Assembly: GCA_963841995.1 (NCBI GenBank)
Contig: CAWJEX010000022.1
Location: 15,972 to 79,971 of the forward strand
Length of the DNA stretch: 64,000 nt
From: an uncultured Alphaproteobacteria bacterium
GTDB taxonomy: Bacteria > Pseudomonadota > Alphaproteobacteria > DATDPM01
Reading direction: 5' to 3'
The notes under the pieces are model-generated. The model was not told the origin of the DNA, did no database searches, and saw only the letters and a list, made by a program, of their open reading frames with translations. Made by a program: the position numbers and the translations under genes. This document shows positions 9,961-20,792 of this stretch, piece by piece; within the stretch, counting starts at the first letter, position 1; each line of letters starts with the position of its first letter.

Positions 9961-10226
9961 GGGTATCCCGGGCGGCGTCTATGACGGCAATCCGGAGGAT
10001 ACGCCGACCTTTGGCACCCAGACGTTGATCATTGCGTCGGCGCGGATGCCCGACGATCTCGCCTATGCCGTGGTCAAGGCACTGTTCGAGAATTTCGACG
10101 ATTTTCGGCGCTTGCATCCCGCGCTGTCGACGCTCACGAAATAGGACATGGTGCCCAGCGACGCGGTGATGCGAATTCCATCCGGGGGCGCTCAGGTACT
10201 ATCGCGAGGCAGGGCTGCTGCGCTGA
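9961..10226 (+). pseudogene. TAXI-family TRAP solute receptor, C-terminal remnant with in-frame stop and frameshift
   Basis: GIPGGVYDGNPEDTPTFGTQTLIIASARMPDDLAYAVVKALFENFDDFRRLHPAL..., then a stop. The last codons read FHPGALRYYREAGLLR* only after a 1-nt shift. Confidence 0.6.
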
Positions 10227-10354
10227 ATATCGAAATCTGAGTTCGCTTGCTCCGGACTGCTATTGTCGCGGGAGCAAGTCGCCGTAAGAAACGCCTTGGG
10301 CGAACGACAGGGTAGCGTGCTATCAGGGACGGCACGAGCCCAGCGGAGGGCCGA

Positions 10355-11191
10355 ATGGCAGTGTGGTGGCTGATACTGACGCGCACGTGGCGACGGGCGC
10401 GAAAGGACAATCTCTTGGGCCTCGCCGCCGGAGCCGCTTATTACGCGGTCCTTTCCATCTTTCCGGCGCTCACGGCAGTTGTTTCGCTTTACGGCCTCGT
10501 CGCCGATCCGAACATTGTGGAGCGGCAGGTCACGGCCATACAGGGGCTCTTACTGCCCGAAGCCGTCGAGTTGATCTCAACATGGCTTCAGACCCTTGCG
10601 CAAGGCCCGCCACTCAGGTTCGGCATCGGCCTCATCCTGAGCGTGGTGCTGGCGATCTGGAGTGCCTGGTCCGCAACAGGAATGCTGATGGTCGCCGTCA
10701 ATGTCTGCTACGGGGAGACGGAGAAGCGAAATTTCATCTGGTTCCACCTGCGTGCCTTGGCGCTCGCTCTCGGACTCGCGCTGTTTGGCATTGCAGCGCT
10801 CGGCCTCATTGCGGTGTTGCCCGCGGCAATCGGCTTTTTGCCGGTGTCCAAAGCCTGGGGCGACGTAATTGCGCTCGTTCGCTGGCCGATCCTGGCTGGG
10901 ATGGCCATCCTCGCGCTCGCCATCGTATATCGCTACGCCCCGGACCGGGTGCAGCCGAAATGGCAATTGCTCAGTTGGGGAGCGGCCACAGCGACAGCGC
11001 TGTGGCTCTTCGGCTCGATTGTCTTCACAATGTTCGTTTCAAAAGTTGGCAGTTACGACAAGACCTACGGCTCGCTCGGCGCCGTCGTTATCTTGCTGCT
11101 GTGGCTCTACTTGAGCGCCTATATCATCTTGATCGGTGCGGAACTGAACGCGGAAATAGAGCGTCAAGCGGCGCCGAAGGGCAAGCGGTAG
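10355..11191 (+). CDS. YihY/BrkB family membrane protein
   Basis: 278 aa with LAAGAAYYAVLSIFPALTAVVSLYG...YGSLGAVVILLLWLYLSAYIILIGAELNAE, the YihY signature. Confidence 0.85.
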   Translation: MAVWWLILTRTWRRARKDNLLGLAAGAAYYAVLSIFPALTAVVSLYGLVADPNIVERQVTAIQGLLLPEAVELISTWLQTLAQGPPLRFGIGLILSVVLAIWSAWSATGMLMVAVNVCYGETEKRNFIWFHLRALALALGLALFGIAALGLIAVLPAAIGFLPVSKAWGDVIALVRWPILAGMAILALAIVYRYAPDRVQPKWQLLSWGAATATALWLFGSIVFTMFVSKVGSYDKTYGSLGAVVILLLWLYLSAYIILIGAELNAEIERQAAPKGKR

Positions 11192-11199
11192 GCGACCCC

Positions 11200-11583
11200 A
11201 TGGCAAAGTTCATGCGCGGCTTGCTGGTGACCATCACCGCGATCGTGAGCACCTCGGCCTCCACATACGCCGGCGATGCAGCCTTTGGCACAATCGCTCC
11301 TGGGGCATATCTGGGAAACCAGCAAGCCGGAATGCAACAGATGTGTCTCAAGGCGCAGAACAATTATGTCAATCACGCCGGACCGCCGCCGCCACCAGCC
11401 TGTCAGACTGCCACGGCCCCGATGCTGCCTAATCGTAAGGCAACACAGGCCACGCCGCAGACTTCGTGCCTGCCTTTCGGTAACGGCGGGACGCGCTGCA
11501 CGACCTTGGTTCCCAGCAAGCCTCCGAGCGCTACGACTTGTCTACCCCTTGGAAATGGAAAGATGGCCTGTACGGCGCAATAA
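11200..11583 (+). CDS. small secreted six-Cys protein, paralog A
   Basis: Signal peptide MAKFMRGLLVTITAIVSTSASTYA and an internal duplicated motif CLPxGNGxxxCT. A near-identical paralog lies at 52193..52579. Confidence 0.6.
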   Translation: MAKFMRGLLVTITAIVSTSASTYAGDAAFGTIAPGAYLGNQQAGMQQMCLKAQNNYVNHAGPPPPPACQTATAPMLPNRKATQATPQTSCLPFGNGGTRCTTLVPSKPPSATTCLPLGNGKMACTAQ

Positions 11584-11917
11584 ATCGTTGGCCGTCTGCG
11601 CCGAAAAATGGGGCACCCGGCGAAAAGAACGGAACAGCCTAAAAAAGAGGCGCAAGTTATTATGAAAGTGCGGCCGCCCAAAGGCTAGGCGGCAACCATT
11701 GCCACGTCACGCGAAGCAGCGCGCTCGATCGCCGCCACCAGGTTCCCAAGTCATGACTCATCGGCGCGAGCCTAGACAATGAAAAGCTGCTCAAGCTCAG
11801 CTTCGAGGCTGGGGGAGAAAACGATGGTTCGTCAGACTTGATAGCTGGCGAGGCTCCCACGGAGTTAGGGGGTCTATCCGATTTTTCGTACCAAGGCGTG
11901 ACAGTTACATTCTTCGC

Positions 11918-12640
11918 CTATTGCACCGTGATTGGAATACGGATATCGACGACGGAGGCAATCGGCTTGCCTTCCTTCAAGGCGGGGAAGAAGCGCCATT
12001 TCTTCAGTGTGTCGAGAAGGGCCTGGTTGAGCTGGAGCACCGGCGTCGCCTCGATCAATTCCACATCGGCCGTGCCGTCGGCCCCGACATGGAAGCGCGC
12101 CACCGCAACAACATTCAGATTGCGCTGGCGAAGTTCGTCGGGGATTTCAGGCATCGGTTTATAAACCGCCCGCGCACTCATATAGCCGCCGCCCAATTCA
12201 TGCTCGGTCGCTGGTGGGGTGGCGGGTGGTTGCGTAACCGGCGCCACCGGAGGCGGCGTCTCGGCCTTCACCGACGGCGCGCTTTCTGGGATCGGTTCGG
12301 GCGGCGGATTGTTGACCGGCGGGGAAACGACCGGTTTCTCGGGCGGTGGCTTTACGGGCTTAGGCTTGAGCTTCGGAATCTTTGCCGGCTTGGGCGGCGG
12401 CGGAACCTCGAGCGGTTTTGATTCGGGCGGCAAAACTTCGACCGGCTTAACCGGTTCAGGTTCGCGAGGCGGCAATTCGAGTATGCTGACGATGACCGGC
12501 CGCGGGGGCGGTGCGAGCGGCGGCTGTTCGAGAGTAAGCCGAACGAATCCCAACAGCGCAGCAAAGGCGACGACGACCGCCAGGGGTCCAACCCAAGGCA
12601 GCCGCGCCCACGGACTATCGATGCGCCAGACTGCGGACAC
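11918..12640 (-). CDS. tonB: energy transducer TonB
   Basis: N-terminal TM segment, a long Pro-rich (PPPKPxK) spacer and a C-terminal TonB domain (...AVARFHVGADGTADVELIEATP...LKKWRFFPALKEGKP). Confidence 0.85.
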   Translation of the reverse strand: MSAVWRIDSPWARLPWVGPLAVVVAFAALLGFVRLTLEQPPLAPPPRPVIVSILELPPREPEPVKPVEVLPPESKPLEVPPPPKPAKIPKLKPKPVKPPPEKPVVSPPVNNPPPEPIPESAPSVKAETPPPVAPVTQPPATPPATEHELGGGYMSARAVYKPMPEIPDELRQRNLNVVAVARFHVGADGTADVELIEATPVLQLNQALLDTLKKWRFFPALKEGKPIASVVDIRIPITVQ

Positions 12641-12646
12641 GGGCGG

Positions 12647-13048
12647 TCAGTCCGGTTTGATGGCAAACATGAAATGCTCGGCGCCGGCTTCACGGGCGTG
12701 AAGCATCGCCTGGATGACGATTCCGTTCGGCGCCTGTTTGTCGGCGGACACGATGACGTCCGAATTTGGCCCCGACAGCATCGACTTCAGGGTCGGCGCC
12801 AGCGTGTCGAGCGTCACCGCAGTCTCGTTGAGGAGAAGGAGGCCGTCATGGGTCACCGTCAGGGTCACCGGCTGATGCGGCTGTAGGAGTTGCGTATGCC
12901 CTTCCGGCAGATCGACGCGTAAGGAATGCAGATTTTGCATCGCGAGCGAGGCCAACATGAACGTTGCCAGCAGAAAGAACATCACGTCGATCATCGGAAT
13001 GATTTCGATGCGACCTCGCCGCGAGCTTCGTGAAAGACGCAACTTCAT
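12647..13048 (-). CDS. exbD: biopolymer transporter ExbD/TolR
   Basis: IEIIPMIDVMFFLLATFML followed by a periplasmic domain. The gene lies between exbB and tonB. Confidence 0.85.
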   Translation of the reverse strand: MKLRLSRSSRRGRIEIIPMIDVMFFLLATFMLASLAMQNLHSLRVDLPEGHTQLLQPHQPVTLTVTHDGLLLLNETAVTLDTLAPTLKSMLSGPNSDVIVSADKQAPNGIVIQAMLHAREAGAEHFMFAIKPD

Positions 13049-13692
13049 GCGGCACCTACTTCATGATCGAGGCGGATATGGTCAACGAGTCGCGTTCCGA
13101 GCCGCTCCATCTCGTCCATGAACTGCGCCTGCCGATTGGAAAAGAAATTGAAGGCGAAAAGCGCAATTAGCGCCACGAACAATCCGACGGCGGTGGCGAT
13201 CAGGGCCTCGGCGACACCGCCGGTCACCCCGGCCGGGTCGACGAGCCCTTGCGCACCGAAGAGATGGAAGGCACGGATCATGCCGGTGATGGTGCCGAGC
13301 AAGCCAAGAAGGGGAGCTGCGGTGACGATGGTTTCCAGGACCCAGAGCCATCGGCGAAGCGCCTTTTCGATAAACGTCGCTTCGTCGGCGGCCCGCGATT
13401 CGACCCACCAGGGCGGTCGATCGCGGTTTTCCGCGATCACGTCGAAAAACCGTTTCATGTAATTTCGGCGGTCTATCGCGGCCAACCGATGTTCCAGATC
13501 CTGCCACTTGAAGCCGAATGTCTCCACCAAGCCGACGACCTCGCCCGGAAGCCGCGTGCGGGCAAGGTAGAGATAAGTCTTGTCGAGAATGATCGCGGTC
13601 GCGATCACTGCCAGCACGACCAACGGATAGATCATGACGCCGCCGACATTCAGCGCCGAAATAAGCTCGTTCAGATTCGTCATTGCTTGCAC
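13045..13692 (-). CDS. exbB: MotA/TolQ/ExbB proton channel protein
   Basis: LETIVTAAPLLGLLGTITGMIRAF...GVAEALIATAVGLFVALIALFAFNFF signature. It has a 4-nt overlap with exbD. Confidence 0.85.
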   Translation of the reverse strand: MQAMTNLNELISALNVGGVMIYPLVVLAVIATAIILDKTYLYLARTRLPGEVVGLVETFGFKWQDLEHRLAAIDRRNYMKRFFDVIAENRDRPPWWVESRAADEATFIEKALRRWLWVLETIVTAAPLLGLLGTITGMIRAFHLFGAQGLVDPAGVTGGVAEALIATAVGLFVALIALFAFNFFSNRQAQFMDEMERLGTRLVDHIRLDHEVGAA

Positions 13693-13717
13693 CCTCTGTT
13701 TAGAAATAAGGCGTTTT

Positions 13718-16106
13718 CTAGAACTCTTTCACGAGACCGGCGAAAAGGCCTATCCGCGGTCCGTATTGGGGCGCGAACACGCCAACGCCGGTTCCCGAGC
13801 GGATTTCATAGATCTCGTCGAAGGCGTTGATCAGGTTGAGCCTCGCCTCGATCGGCCCGCCCGGCGCGTTCTCGAAACGGCGCGAGACGCCGAGATTTAC
13901 CTGGATATAAGGCGGGACGGTGCCGCCGTTGGGGATCCCGTCGGCATCTTGCCGCAGCCCCGAGCCATAAAGGAGATCGGCGCTGAGGCGGGTGCCGAGC
14001 CAATTGTAGGAAATGCCGCCCGAGGCCGTGACCCACTGGCTGTGGTCGGTATAGATGTAGTTGCTCGCGATATAGGCGAGGTCGGCGGGGCTGAAATTGA
14101 ATTGCTGCGAAACGACCTGGGTGGCGCGCTCCCGGCCGTAGGAGAGATTGGCATAGGTCGACCAGTTGCCGAGATTGTAGCTGCCGCTGAACTCGACCCC
14201 GTAAACATTGGCGTGTGCGTAATTGAATACGGAGAGGATTATCGGGGCGCCGAACTGGCCCTCATCGATCAGATCGCTGGCGAGTTTGTAATAGCCGTCG
14301 ACGCCTAGCTTCAGTCCGGGCAGGAAGACGCGGTCCGCGCCGATATCGAAATAGTCGGCGCGCTCCGGCAGGATCGGCGAATCCAAGGGCGGCGCGGTCG
14401 ACGTATAGCCCGCGGGATAGCCCGTCGTGCCGGCGAATTTGGCGATCGATTCTCCGGAAATCAGCTCCATCGCTGGCGGCGTGAAATAGCGCGAATAGCC
14501 GGCGTGAAACGTGGTGTCGTTCTCGGGCTTCCACACCGCGTTGACGCGCGGGCTGAGCTGGCTGGCGTCTGTATAGGCATTTAGGACATCGAAGCGCGCG
14601 CCGTAATTGAGCGTCAGCGTCGGCGTGAGCTTCCATTCATCCTGCAAATAGGCGCTGTAGGTCCAGCCGGTCTTGCCGCCGCTATCGGCGATCGACGTTG
14701 GGCTGGTGCCGACGCTCGAACAGTCCGGGCTGAGGCAGGGAAAGACCAGCGAATTGGTATCGGAAGTGGCGCGTTCGGTGGTGACGAGCGCGCCGTAGCG
14801 CAGGGTGTGGGCGCCATCGGCACGATAGGTGCCATCGGCCTGAATGCCCTCCGCGATGTCAGTGCGGGTCGCGTTCTGCGCGAGGCCGTAAAACATCAGA
14901 TCGCCGACAGAGTCGGGCGTATAGGCGAGTTGGGAGTAACGTCCGAAGGTGGAAATCTGGAAATCGTAATCCTGGGTCGTTTGCAAATATGAGAGCGCCG
15001 CGTAATCGTTGGTCTCCTGCTGGTTCTCGTTGAGCAGCGCGGAATCGAAAGTCGTCTGGCCGCCAAATTGGAAGGCGGGAGTTTGGCCGGGGTTGTCCGG
15101 AATCTGGAACGAGCCCTGATAGAGTCCCACGATCGCACTGATTTTGCTGCTGGGGTCGAGAATGTCCTCGAGATAGGCGAAGCCGTGACCCTGTTGAGTG
15201 GCGTCGTGAATCGCATGATAGGAGCCGGTCGGATTCTCGATGCCGATATCGTTTTGCAGGTAATCGCTGGCGACGTAATAATTGAAGCTGCCCGAGGAGG
15301 CGGCATATTCGGCGCTGGGTTGCAACCAGCCTTGGCTGCCGCCATAGATGCCGGCCGAACCGCCAGGCTCGAACGCGCCCGACTTGGTTTGAATATCGAC
15401 GATGCCGGTCGTCACCAGCCCATATTCCGCCGGCAGCGAGCCGGTGATGAGATCGATCGAGGAGGCGAAGCGCGAACTCAGTGCCTGGCCGAAAAAGCTG
15501 ATGCCTTCCGGAAGGATCACGCCGTTGATGCGGTATTGGATGTTCGCGTGGTCGTTGCGGAGGTGAATTTGGCCGAAGGAATCCTGCGACACGCCCGGTG
15601 CCTGCAACAGGGTTTGATTGAGCGGAATGTTCTCGCCGCCGGGTTGATTTCTGGATCGCCTGGTCGGTCAGGGTATAGGTCGTGGCGCCGATGCGCGGTT
15701 CGATATTGCCGCGCGCCTCGTTGAGCTTCTGCGCGGTGATATTCAAATTCAGCGCCTGTTTTGCCGCCATCACCAGATCGGCTTTGGCGCCGGTCTTGTC
15801 TTGCAGGGTTACGATCGACACCGCAGGCTCGAAACCCTCTTTTTCGCCTTTCAGGGAGTAAACGCCGGGGGCGATGCCGGTGAATGCAAACGCTCCCTGC
15901 GGGTTGCTCGTGGTTTTGCCAATGGTTCGTCCGTCGGCCGCTTCTAATGCCAAACGGGCACCGTCTACGGGCCGATCCAAAGCATCCTTCACGTGTCCTT
16001 CGATGTGACCTACGGCCGGATTTTCAGCGGCGCGCGCGCAGCGCGGCAAAAACACCGCGACTGCCAGTAGCAATGCTACTGCCAAACGAATATTCCCCGA
16101 CGTCAT
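13718..16106 (-). pseudogene. TonB-dependent receptor with N-terminal carboxypeptidase-regulatory-like domain, frameshift near 15648
   Basis: Signal peptide and CarbopepD_reg-like region (ORF 14859..16106) up to ...YTLTDQAIQ. The plug and barrel continue as NQPGGENIPLNQTLLQAPGV... in the ORF 13718..15607 frame. The protein ends ...GLFAGLVKEF (terminal aromatic residue). Confidence 0.8.
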
Positions 16107-16682
16107 CGGTTCCTCCGATCATGATCCAAACCTGACGAGCCGCCCGCCCGCATGCACGCGATACCGCGTTGACGCGGAGCGAGCCGGCGTTGGCGTAGTC
16201 AAGGGATCAGGCGATCGGAGGATCGCGGGGCGAGTAACCGATTGAGGATGGAAGGCCATCAATCTCGTGGCTGGCCGTAACAACGAAAGATACCGGCACG
16301 AAATCGGGCAGAGAGACTTCGAGGATCGGAGGAGCCGTGCCGCCGCCAAGACTTCTGAACCAGACAGCACTGGCCGTCGTTATGGGCGAAATGGCCGTCT
16401 TGGTCGTTGCTGGCGAGATGAAGCCAGCCATGGGCAAGCCCGAGGAGAAAGACAGCGAGCCACAAAACCGCCGTGTACCGGCGGTGCGGCGATTTGCAGC
16501 GCTCGCAAGTACATGAATGCCTATGGCTCTGTCGGCTCATTCGCGCCGCGTCATTGGCCGCTTTCTCCAAGCCCAGGCCGGCTTGTCGGTCCAATGTTAT
16601 CGGACTGAGCTCAACCCGGGGCAAGCGATATTTTTAATGATGTGTACAAGGAGCATCATGCCCGTGGTGCGCTCTGATCAAA

Positions 16683-16882
16683 TTACCGAACCCACGCCAA
16701 ACTCTTCGCTGCTGATCTCTTTCGGATCGCTTCGCTCACCGCCTTGCCTTGTGCCGTCAGCACATCTAATTGGCGCAGCTTCGCGACGATCTCTTCAGCT
16801 GTATGTCTTATCTTTGCCATTGATGTCCTCGTCCATAGTCAAAACCATAATTCAGGGAGGACCACTTCTTGGCGGCAGATCA
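16683..16882 (-). mobile_element. IS3-family remnant: IRL-like end plus decayed OrfA N-terminus
   Basis: Minus strand has TGATCTGCCGCC... (16882 downwards), then MAKIRHTAEEIVAKLRQLDVLTAQGKAVSEAIRK, which resembles the OrfA HTH N-terminus seen intact-like at 50841. It is truncated after about 45 codons. Confidence 0.5.
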
Positions 16883-17063
16883 AAGGGACGTAATCGAGCA
16901 ACTCGGCATGCGCCCAGCGCAGATGCCTGCGTTGGGTCATGGGCCGCGGTCAGGCGATGTCCGCGCTTGGTCAGCTCAACTACGCATAGTGGATATTCGA
17001 CTTGTTGCCGATCAAGACCGTTCGGTGCCAAAAGCGGCCCCACCGCAATAAGCAGAGCAGCTC

Positions 17064-17996
17064 CTATAGAGCTTTCCATCTGGCGTCCGGGTTGAAGGCT
17101 GTCATTTGCTTGGCGATCGTCGCCGTCTTTGGGCCGAGGTTCTTCTGATAGACGACGCCGTCCTGGTTGACGATGAATGTCATGACGCCCGAATCGCCGT
17201 ACTTTGCCGGGAAAGCCACCAGCGCAAAACCGGCGATCATATGGCCGTTGACAACATAGTCCCGGGCGCCGTCATGGGCGGCCTCACCCTGCCGCTTCAG
17301 AATCCGATAGTAGTAGCCGTGATAGGGGACGTGCTTGCCGCTGGTATCATACCCTTCCGCGCTGGCGCGCGCGACCAGTGGTCCAAGAGGGCTTTCGTCC
17401 CCGCCCGGTTCTACTACCCAATACAGCCCATCATGCTTTCCTGAGGTGCTGAGGAATTTATGTGCGTATTCGGGCACCCCGCCGCCATCGCCTTTCTTCG
17501 CGGCATATTCACGCTGCGCGTCGACATAAGCGCGGCATACTTCAATCGTGTTAAGCTCATTGCGCCCGATTCGGCGGTCGAGGATAGCCTCGGCGCCTGC
17601 TTTGGTGTCGAAGCGCCAGGCATCGCCTTGCCTAACAATCGGGATCGGGTAAGGCCAGTCGTGCTCGCCGATGACAAGAACTGCCTTGTCGTCGCCTTCC
17701 CTTTCGATCTTGTTTTGTTTGTCGTAAGCGGCGACGAATTTCCCGCGCCATTCCTTGTCGGCCACAGGATCACCGGAATAAATCAGTTTTTTGCCTTCGA
17801 CGCCGAAGATGCTCTCAAGACTGTGCGTATCGCCGGAGCGATCCGCTGCGACGAGTTCGGCGACCGCTTGCTCGGGCGAAGCGAAGGTCTTCTGCTTGGT
17901 TTCGGCAGCGAATGCCGGCGCCGCGGCCAATGTGAAAATCGCTACGCCGACCCCTAACAAGGTCCAGAGCTGTTTAAATTTTATGCGAATCATCAT
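17064..17996 (-). CDS. DUF2950 domain protein, secreted
   Basis: Signal peptide, then ...DWPYPIPIVRQGDAWRFDT..GAEAILDRRIGRNELNTIEVCRAYVDAQREYA...GYYYRILKRQG...FALVAFPAKYGDSGVMTFIVNQDGVVYQKNLG, the DUF2950 pattern. Confidence 0.8.
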   Translation of the reverse strand: MMIRIKFKQLWTLLGVGVAIFTLAAAPAFAAETKQKTFASPEQAVAELVAADRSGDTHSLESIFGVEGKKLIYSGDPVADKEWRGKFVAAYDKQNKIEREGDDKAVLVIGEHDWPYPIPIVRQGDAWRFDTKAGAEAILDRRIGRNELNTIEVCRAYVDAQREYAAKKGDGGGVPEYAHKFLSTSGKHDGLYWVVEPGGDESPLGPLVARASAEGYDTSGKHVPYHGYYYRILKRQGEAAHDGARDYVVNGHMIAGFALVAFPAKYGDSGVMTFIVNQDGVVYQKNLGPKTATIAKQMTAFNPDARWKAL

Positions 17997-18025
17997 GTCC
18001 TCACGCGATCTGTCTCGAATTAATC

Positions 18026-19313
18026 TCAATGCTGCGCACCGCTCGATCTCCCGCCGCCGCTACGCCCGCCGCCCGACGGCGCGCGGCCGCTAGGAGCAGG
18101 GGTAGACGGTGCGCGGCCCGCAAGTGCCGCGGACGGCACTGCCATGGAGCTTCGGCTTGCTTGGCCACGTTGTTCGTGAACTTGTACATCGGATTTGGAC
18201 GTTCCAAGGCCTTCGAATACGGGCGCTGCGGGACGCGCCGCTGCCGATGGACTGACCTGTGTGCCATGCACCTGCGCCGCGGGACGCGCTGCTACTGATG
18301 GACTGACCTGAGTGCCATGCGCCTGCGCCGCGGGACGCGCTGCTACTGATGGACTGACCTGAGTGCCATGCGCCTGCGCGCCGCGCTGCACTTGCGTGCC
18401 AGCCGGCTGTTCGAAACCACGGAACTCGCGGCTAGCGGCAGCCGGCCTGACCGGAGCTGCTTGGAATTGTGCACGAGTTCTCTGGAGTGGGATAGGCAAC
18501 ACCACGGCGGTGATTTGAATCGTGCTGCCAAGTGTCGCCCATTATCGCCTGACGCCCACGGTGGTCGATATTGTACCTGTTGATGGCGTTGTACCTGTCG
18601 TGATCCCAGTGGACGAAATGATGGTCCCAATCCCACCATTCCCATCCCCACAGCGCGCCGATAATGGCGAAGCCTAAGCCAAAATCGATCCCCGGATAGC
18701 ACCCCGACAGCGGATAATAGAATGGAGGGAAAGCCGCATACGGCCATGGCCCGTAGACCAGCCCCGGATTGTAACAAGGGACATAGACTGTTTCGGGATT
18801 CGCTGGCTCGATCGTGACCGTTTGCCCCTGAGTTGAGATCACTTCTTGGGGGGTGGTGGAAAGGGTTCCCGCAGATTGTGCTTCTCGGCGTAGCCGCTGG
18901 ACGGAATCCATGACGTCGTTCGGCTGCGCCAGGAAAGCGTTGCCAATTTTCTGTGTCCAATCGAGCTGGGTGTCCATCATTTTCAGAACTTGAGGAAAAG
19001 GGACCAGCGATTTGACGCTGGGATCCCAATCCTGCGGCTCGAGCGCGACAGCCAGCTGGTCGCCATGGAGCCCTGCATTCTTTGGGTCTTGCTCCCAACG
19101 GTCCGCTTGGACGATCTCGAAGGGATAGGTGGCGGCGGTTAGAATTTGTGTCAGAAGCTGATCGGGATAGAGCGCGATGGGCGCCAAGAGCTGGTCAAGC
19201 TGTTCCGGCGAAAAGACAGGGGCAGGGGCTCCCTGCGGATAAGCCATGGTTGGGATATTCATGACGACGATGGCAAGAAAGCCGGCCATCATACGGATCA
19301 GGGTCGCCTTCAT
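18026..19313 (-). pseudogene. DUF3300 domain protein, frameshift near 18490, C-terminal 17-aa tandem repeats
   Basis: Signal peptide, then FSPEQLDQLLAPIALYPDQLLTQILTAATYPFEIVQADRW... (DUF3300). After ...HRRGVAYP the reading continues as IPLQRTRAQFQ... in the frame of ORF 18026..18505. Confidence 0.75.
18228..18385. repeat. 51-bp tandem repeat, about 3 units, inside the DUF3300 gene
   Basis: GATGGACTGACCTG(T/A)GTGCCATGC(A/G)CCTGCGCCGCGGGACGCGCTGCTACT is repeated head to tail. It encodes AQ(A/V)HGTQVSPS(V/A)AARPA repeats. Confidence 0.8.
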
Positions 19314-19616
19314 GTCTTACCCTTTCCTCCTACTGTGCCGTCTATCCAAGCGGCCACAACCGCAATCGCGGGCTGAAATTGAGACCAGCCATAATTTCAG
19401 GTAGTGCCCGGCAGCTATCAGATCAACCCTGTGGAATTACTTGTTTCCTAGGGTTGAGGCCGGCCCGCCCCGGCAATGAATCACTGTAGCCGTCCCACTT
19501 TGAAATCTGGACACCACCACCTGCTCTGAAACAATATCCATGCCACTCAGAAACACAATCGCTAACTCAGCTGTGGCCAAGCCGAAACAACGCTTGTATC
19601 GCTCTGAGCTGATGCT

Positions 19617-19687
19617 GGTTCCAAGGGCACCGAGATTAGCTGTCTCATGATGAAACCGGTGGGACACTTTCGGCGAAAAGCTTAGGG
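19617..19687 (-). repeat. dispersed composite repeat, copy 10 (partial, the only inverted copy)
   Basis: GGTTCCAAGGGCACCGAGATTAGCTGTCTCATGATGAAACCGGTGGGACACTTTCGGCGAAAAGCTTAG is the reverse complement of the right end of copy 4 (29345-29416). Confidence 0.6.
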
Positions 19688-20016
19688 GGCGCATTGCCTT
19701 CGCCAAAGCAGCGGCCGCCACCCAATCCACTTAAAAACGCGACCTCTGGGATTCTTCACGGACGACTTTGTAAGCTAGTTTCTCTGACGCGCACGTCGTC
19801 GCGAGATTGACGGTCGACTTAATGAGGCGTTACTGCACTTCGTTATTGCCCTTGAGCTCATTTTCGGAGAGCGACAATACCGCCATTGATCTCATGGTGA
19901 TTTCTTCACACCTGGGGCTGAGGGAATATTGAACTGGAGCGAATGCGGCCCGCATCGTGCGCCACGCGCATGCGTGTCGGTCGTGCGTGAGTAAAAGCCG
20001 TGGAGGATCACGCGCC

Positions 20017-20653
20017 TCATCGGCTTTGCGGAGCCCGTAGCTCCACGAGCTTGTCCCCCAACGCTTCGATTAGGCCCGCCATGCGGCCACCGTGCTGCTG
20101 AATTGCGTTCGCGAACTCGTCGCGATGGCTGATGATCATGCTTACGCCTTCGATCTTAACGTCCCGAATTTTCATCTTGCCGCCGATGCTCGCGACCGAC
20201 CAATCGATTTTGGTCATTGGTCCGTCAGGTCGCGCGACGGTCGATTTCGACGGTCATGATCTCCTCAGACTCCGGGCGTGCGCGGTCGACCCTGAAGGTT
20301 TCACCAGAATAGTGGCGGAATTGCAGCGCGTAGACCCAACTGATGTAATCCTCGAATAGAGGAACGTAATCGGCCCTTTCCCGGTCTGTAGCCAGTGGCC
20401 AAAACCGCCCCAAGGCGCTGCGTGCGATGTAGGGAACGTCGAAGCCTTCGTCGAAAAGCTCCCGAAATCGGCCGACAAGCTCCTCGTCGCTGAGGCTAGG
20501 GGCGGTTAGCCTCACGATGGCGCGATGGCCGAACTCGTCGATGAATGCGGACGCGTCCTGTGGCGCTATGCCGCCCCCTTGTGCGGCGACGCCCCAGGAA
20601 ACGACCACCAAGAGAAATACGGAAAGAATGCAACGTGGCGTCACTATGGACAT
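20017..20653 (-). pseudogene. MlaC/Ttg2D-family phospholipid-binding protein, frameshift near 20220
   Basis: Signal peptide, then ...FDVPYIARSALGRFWPLATDRERADYVPLFEDYISWVYALQFRHYSGETFRV... It continues as ...KIDWSVASIGGKMKIRDVKIEGVSMIISHRDEF in ORF 20017..20217. Confidence 0.65.
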
Positions 20654-20792
20654 AGAAATCCAACCCCGCCAGTCACGAGACCATCACAGCTCGTTCGGAA
20701 TCCCATCATCCCGCCGTTATTGTTCGTGCCGATGTCCATTCGCACAATTGAGCCCCGACATCTTCGGCATAGGCCGATAACGGCGTTACGCT

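Noticed and set aside
10363-11583. A 406-aa ORF spanning yihY and the Cys-rich gene. There are similar long alternative-frame ORFs at 24825..25919 (364 aa, over chrA), 36382..37323 (313 aa, over nnrS), 32646..33521 and 40575..41369.
   Set aside because: These are out-of-frame or antisense shadows of clearly recognisable genes in high-GC DNA. Their translations are Arg/Ala/Gly/Pro-rich with no motifs. The 10363 ORF merely fuses a shadow frame of yihY to the real 11200 gene.
16207-16624. Two overlapping minus-strand ORFs upstream of the TonB-dependent receptor could be a frameshifted small accessory gene (MSRQSHRHSCTCERC...AVLWLAVFLLGLAHG... / ...APPILEVSLPDFVPVSFVVTASHEIDG).
   Set aside because: I could not match either frame to a family (DUF2946-type was considered). 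The start is unclear and the coding signal is weak, so I left it unannotated.
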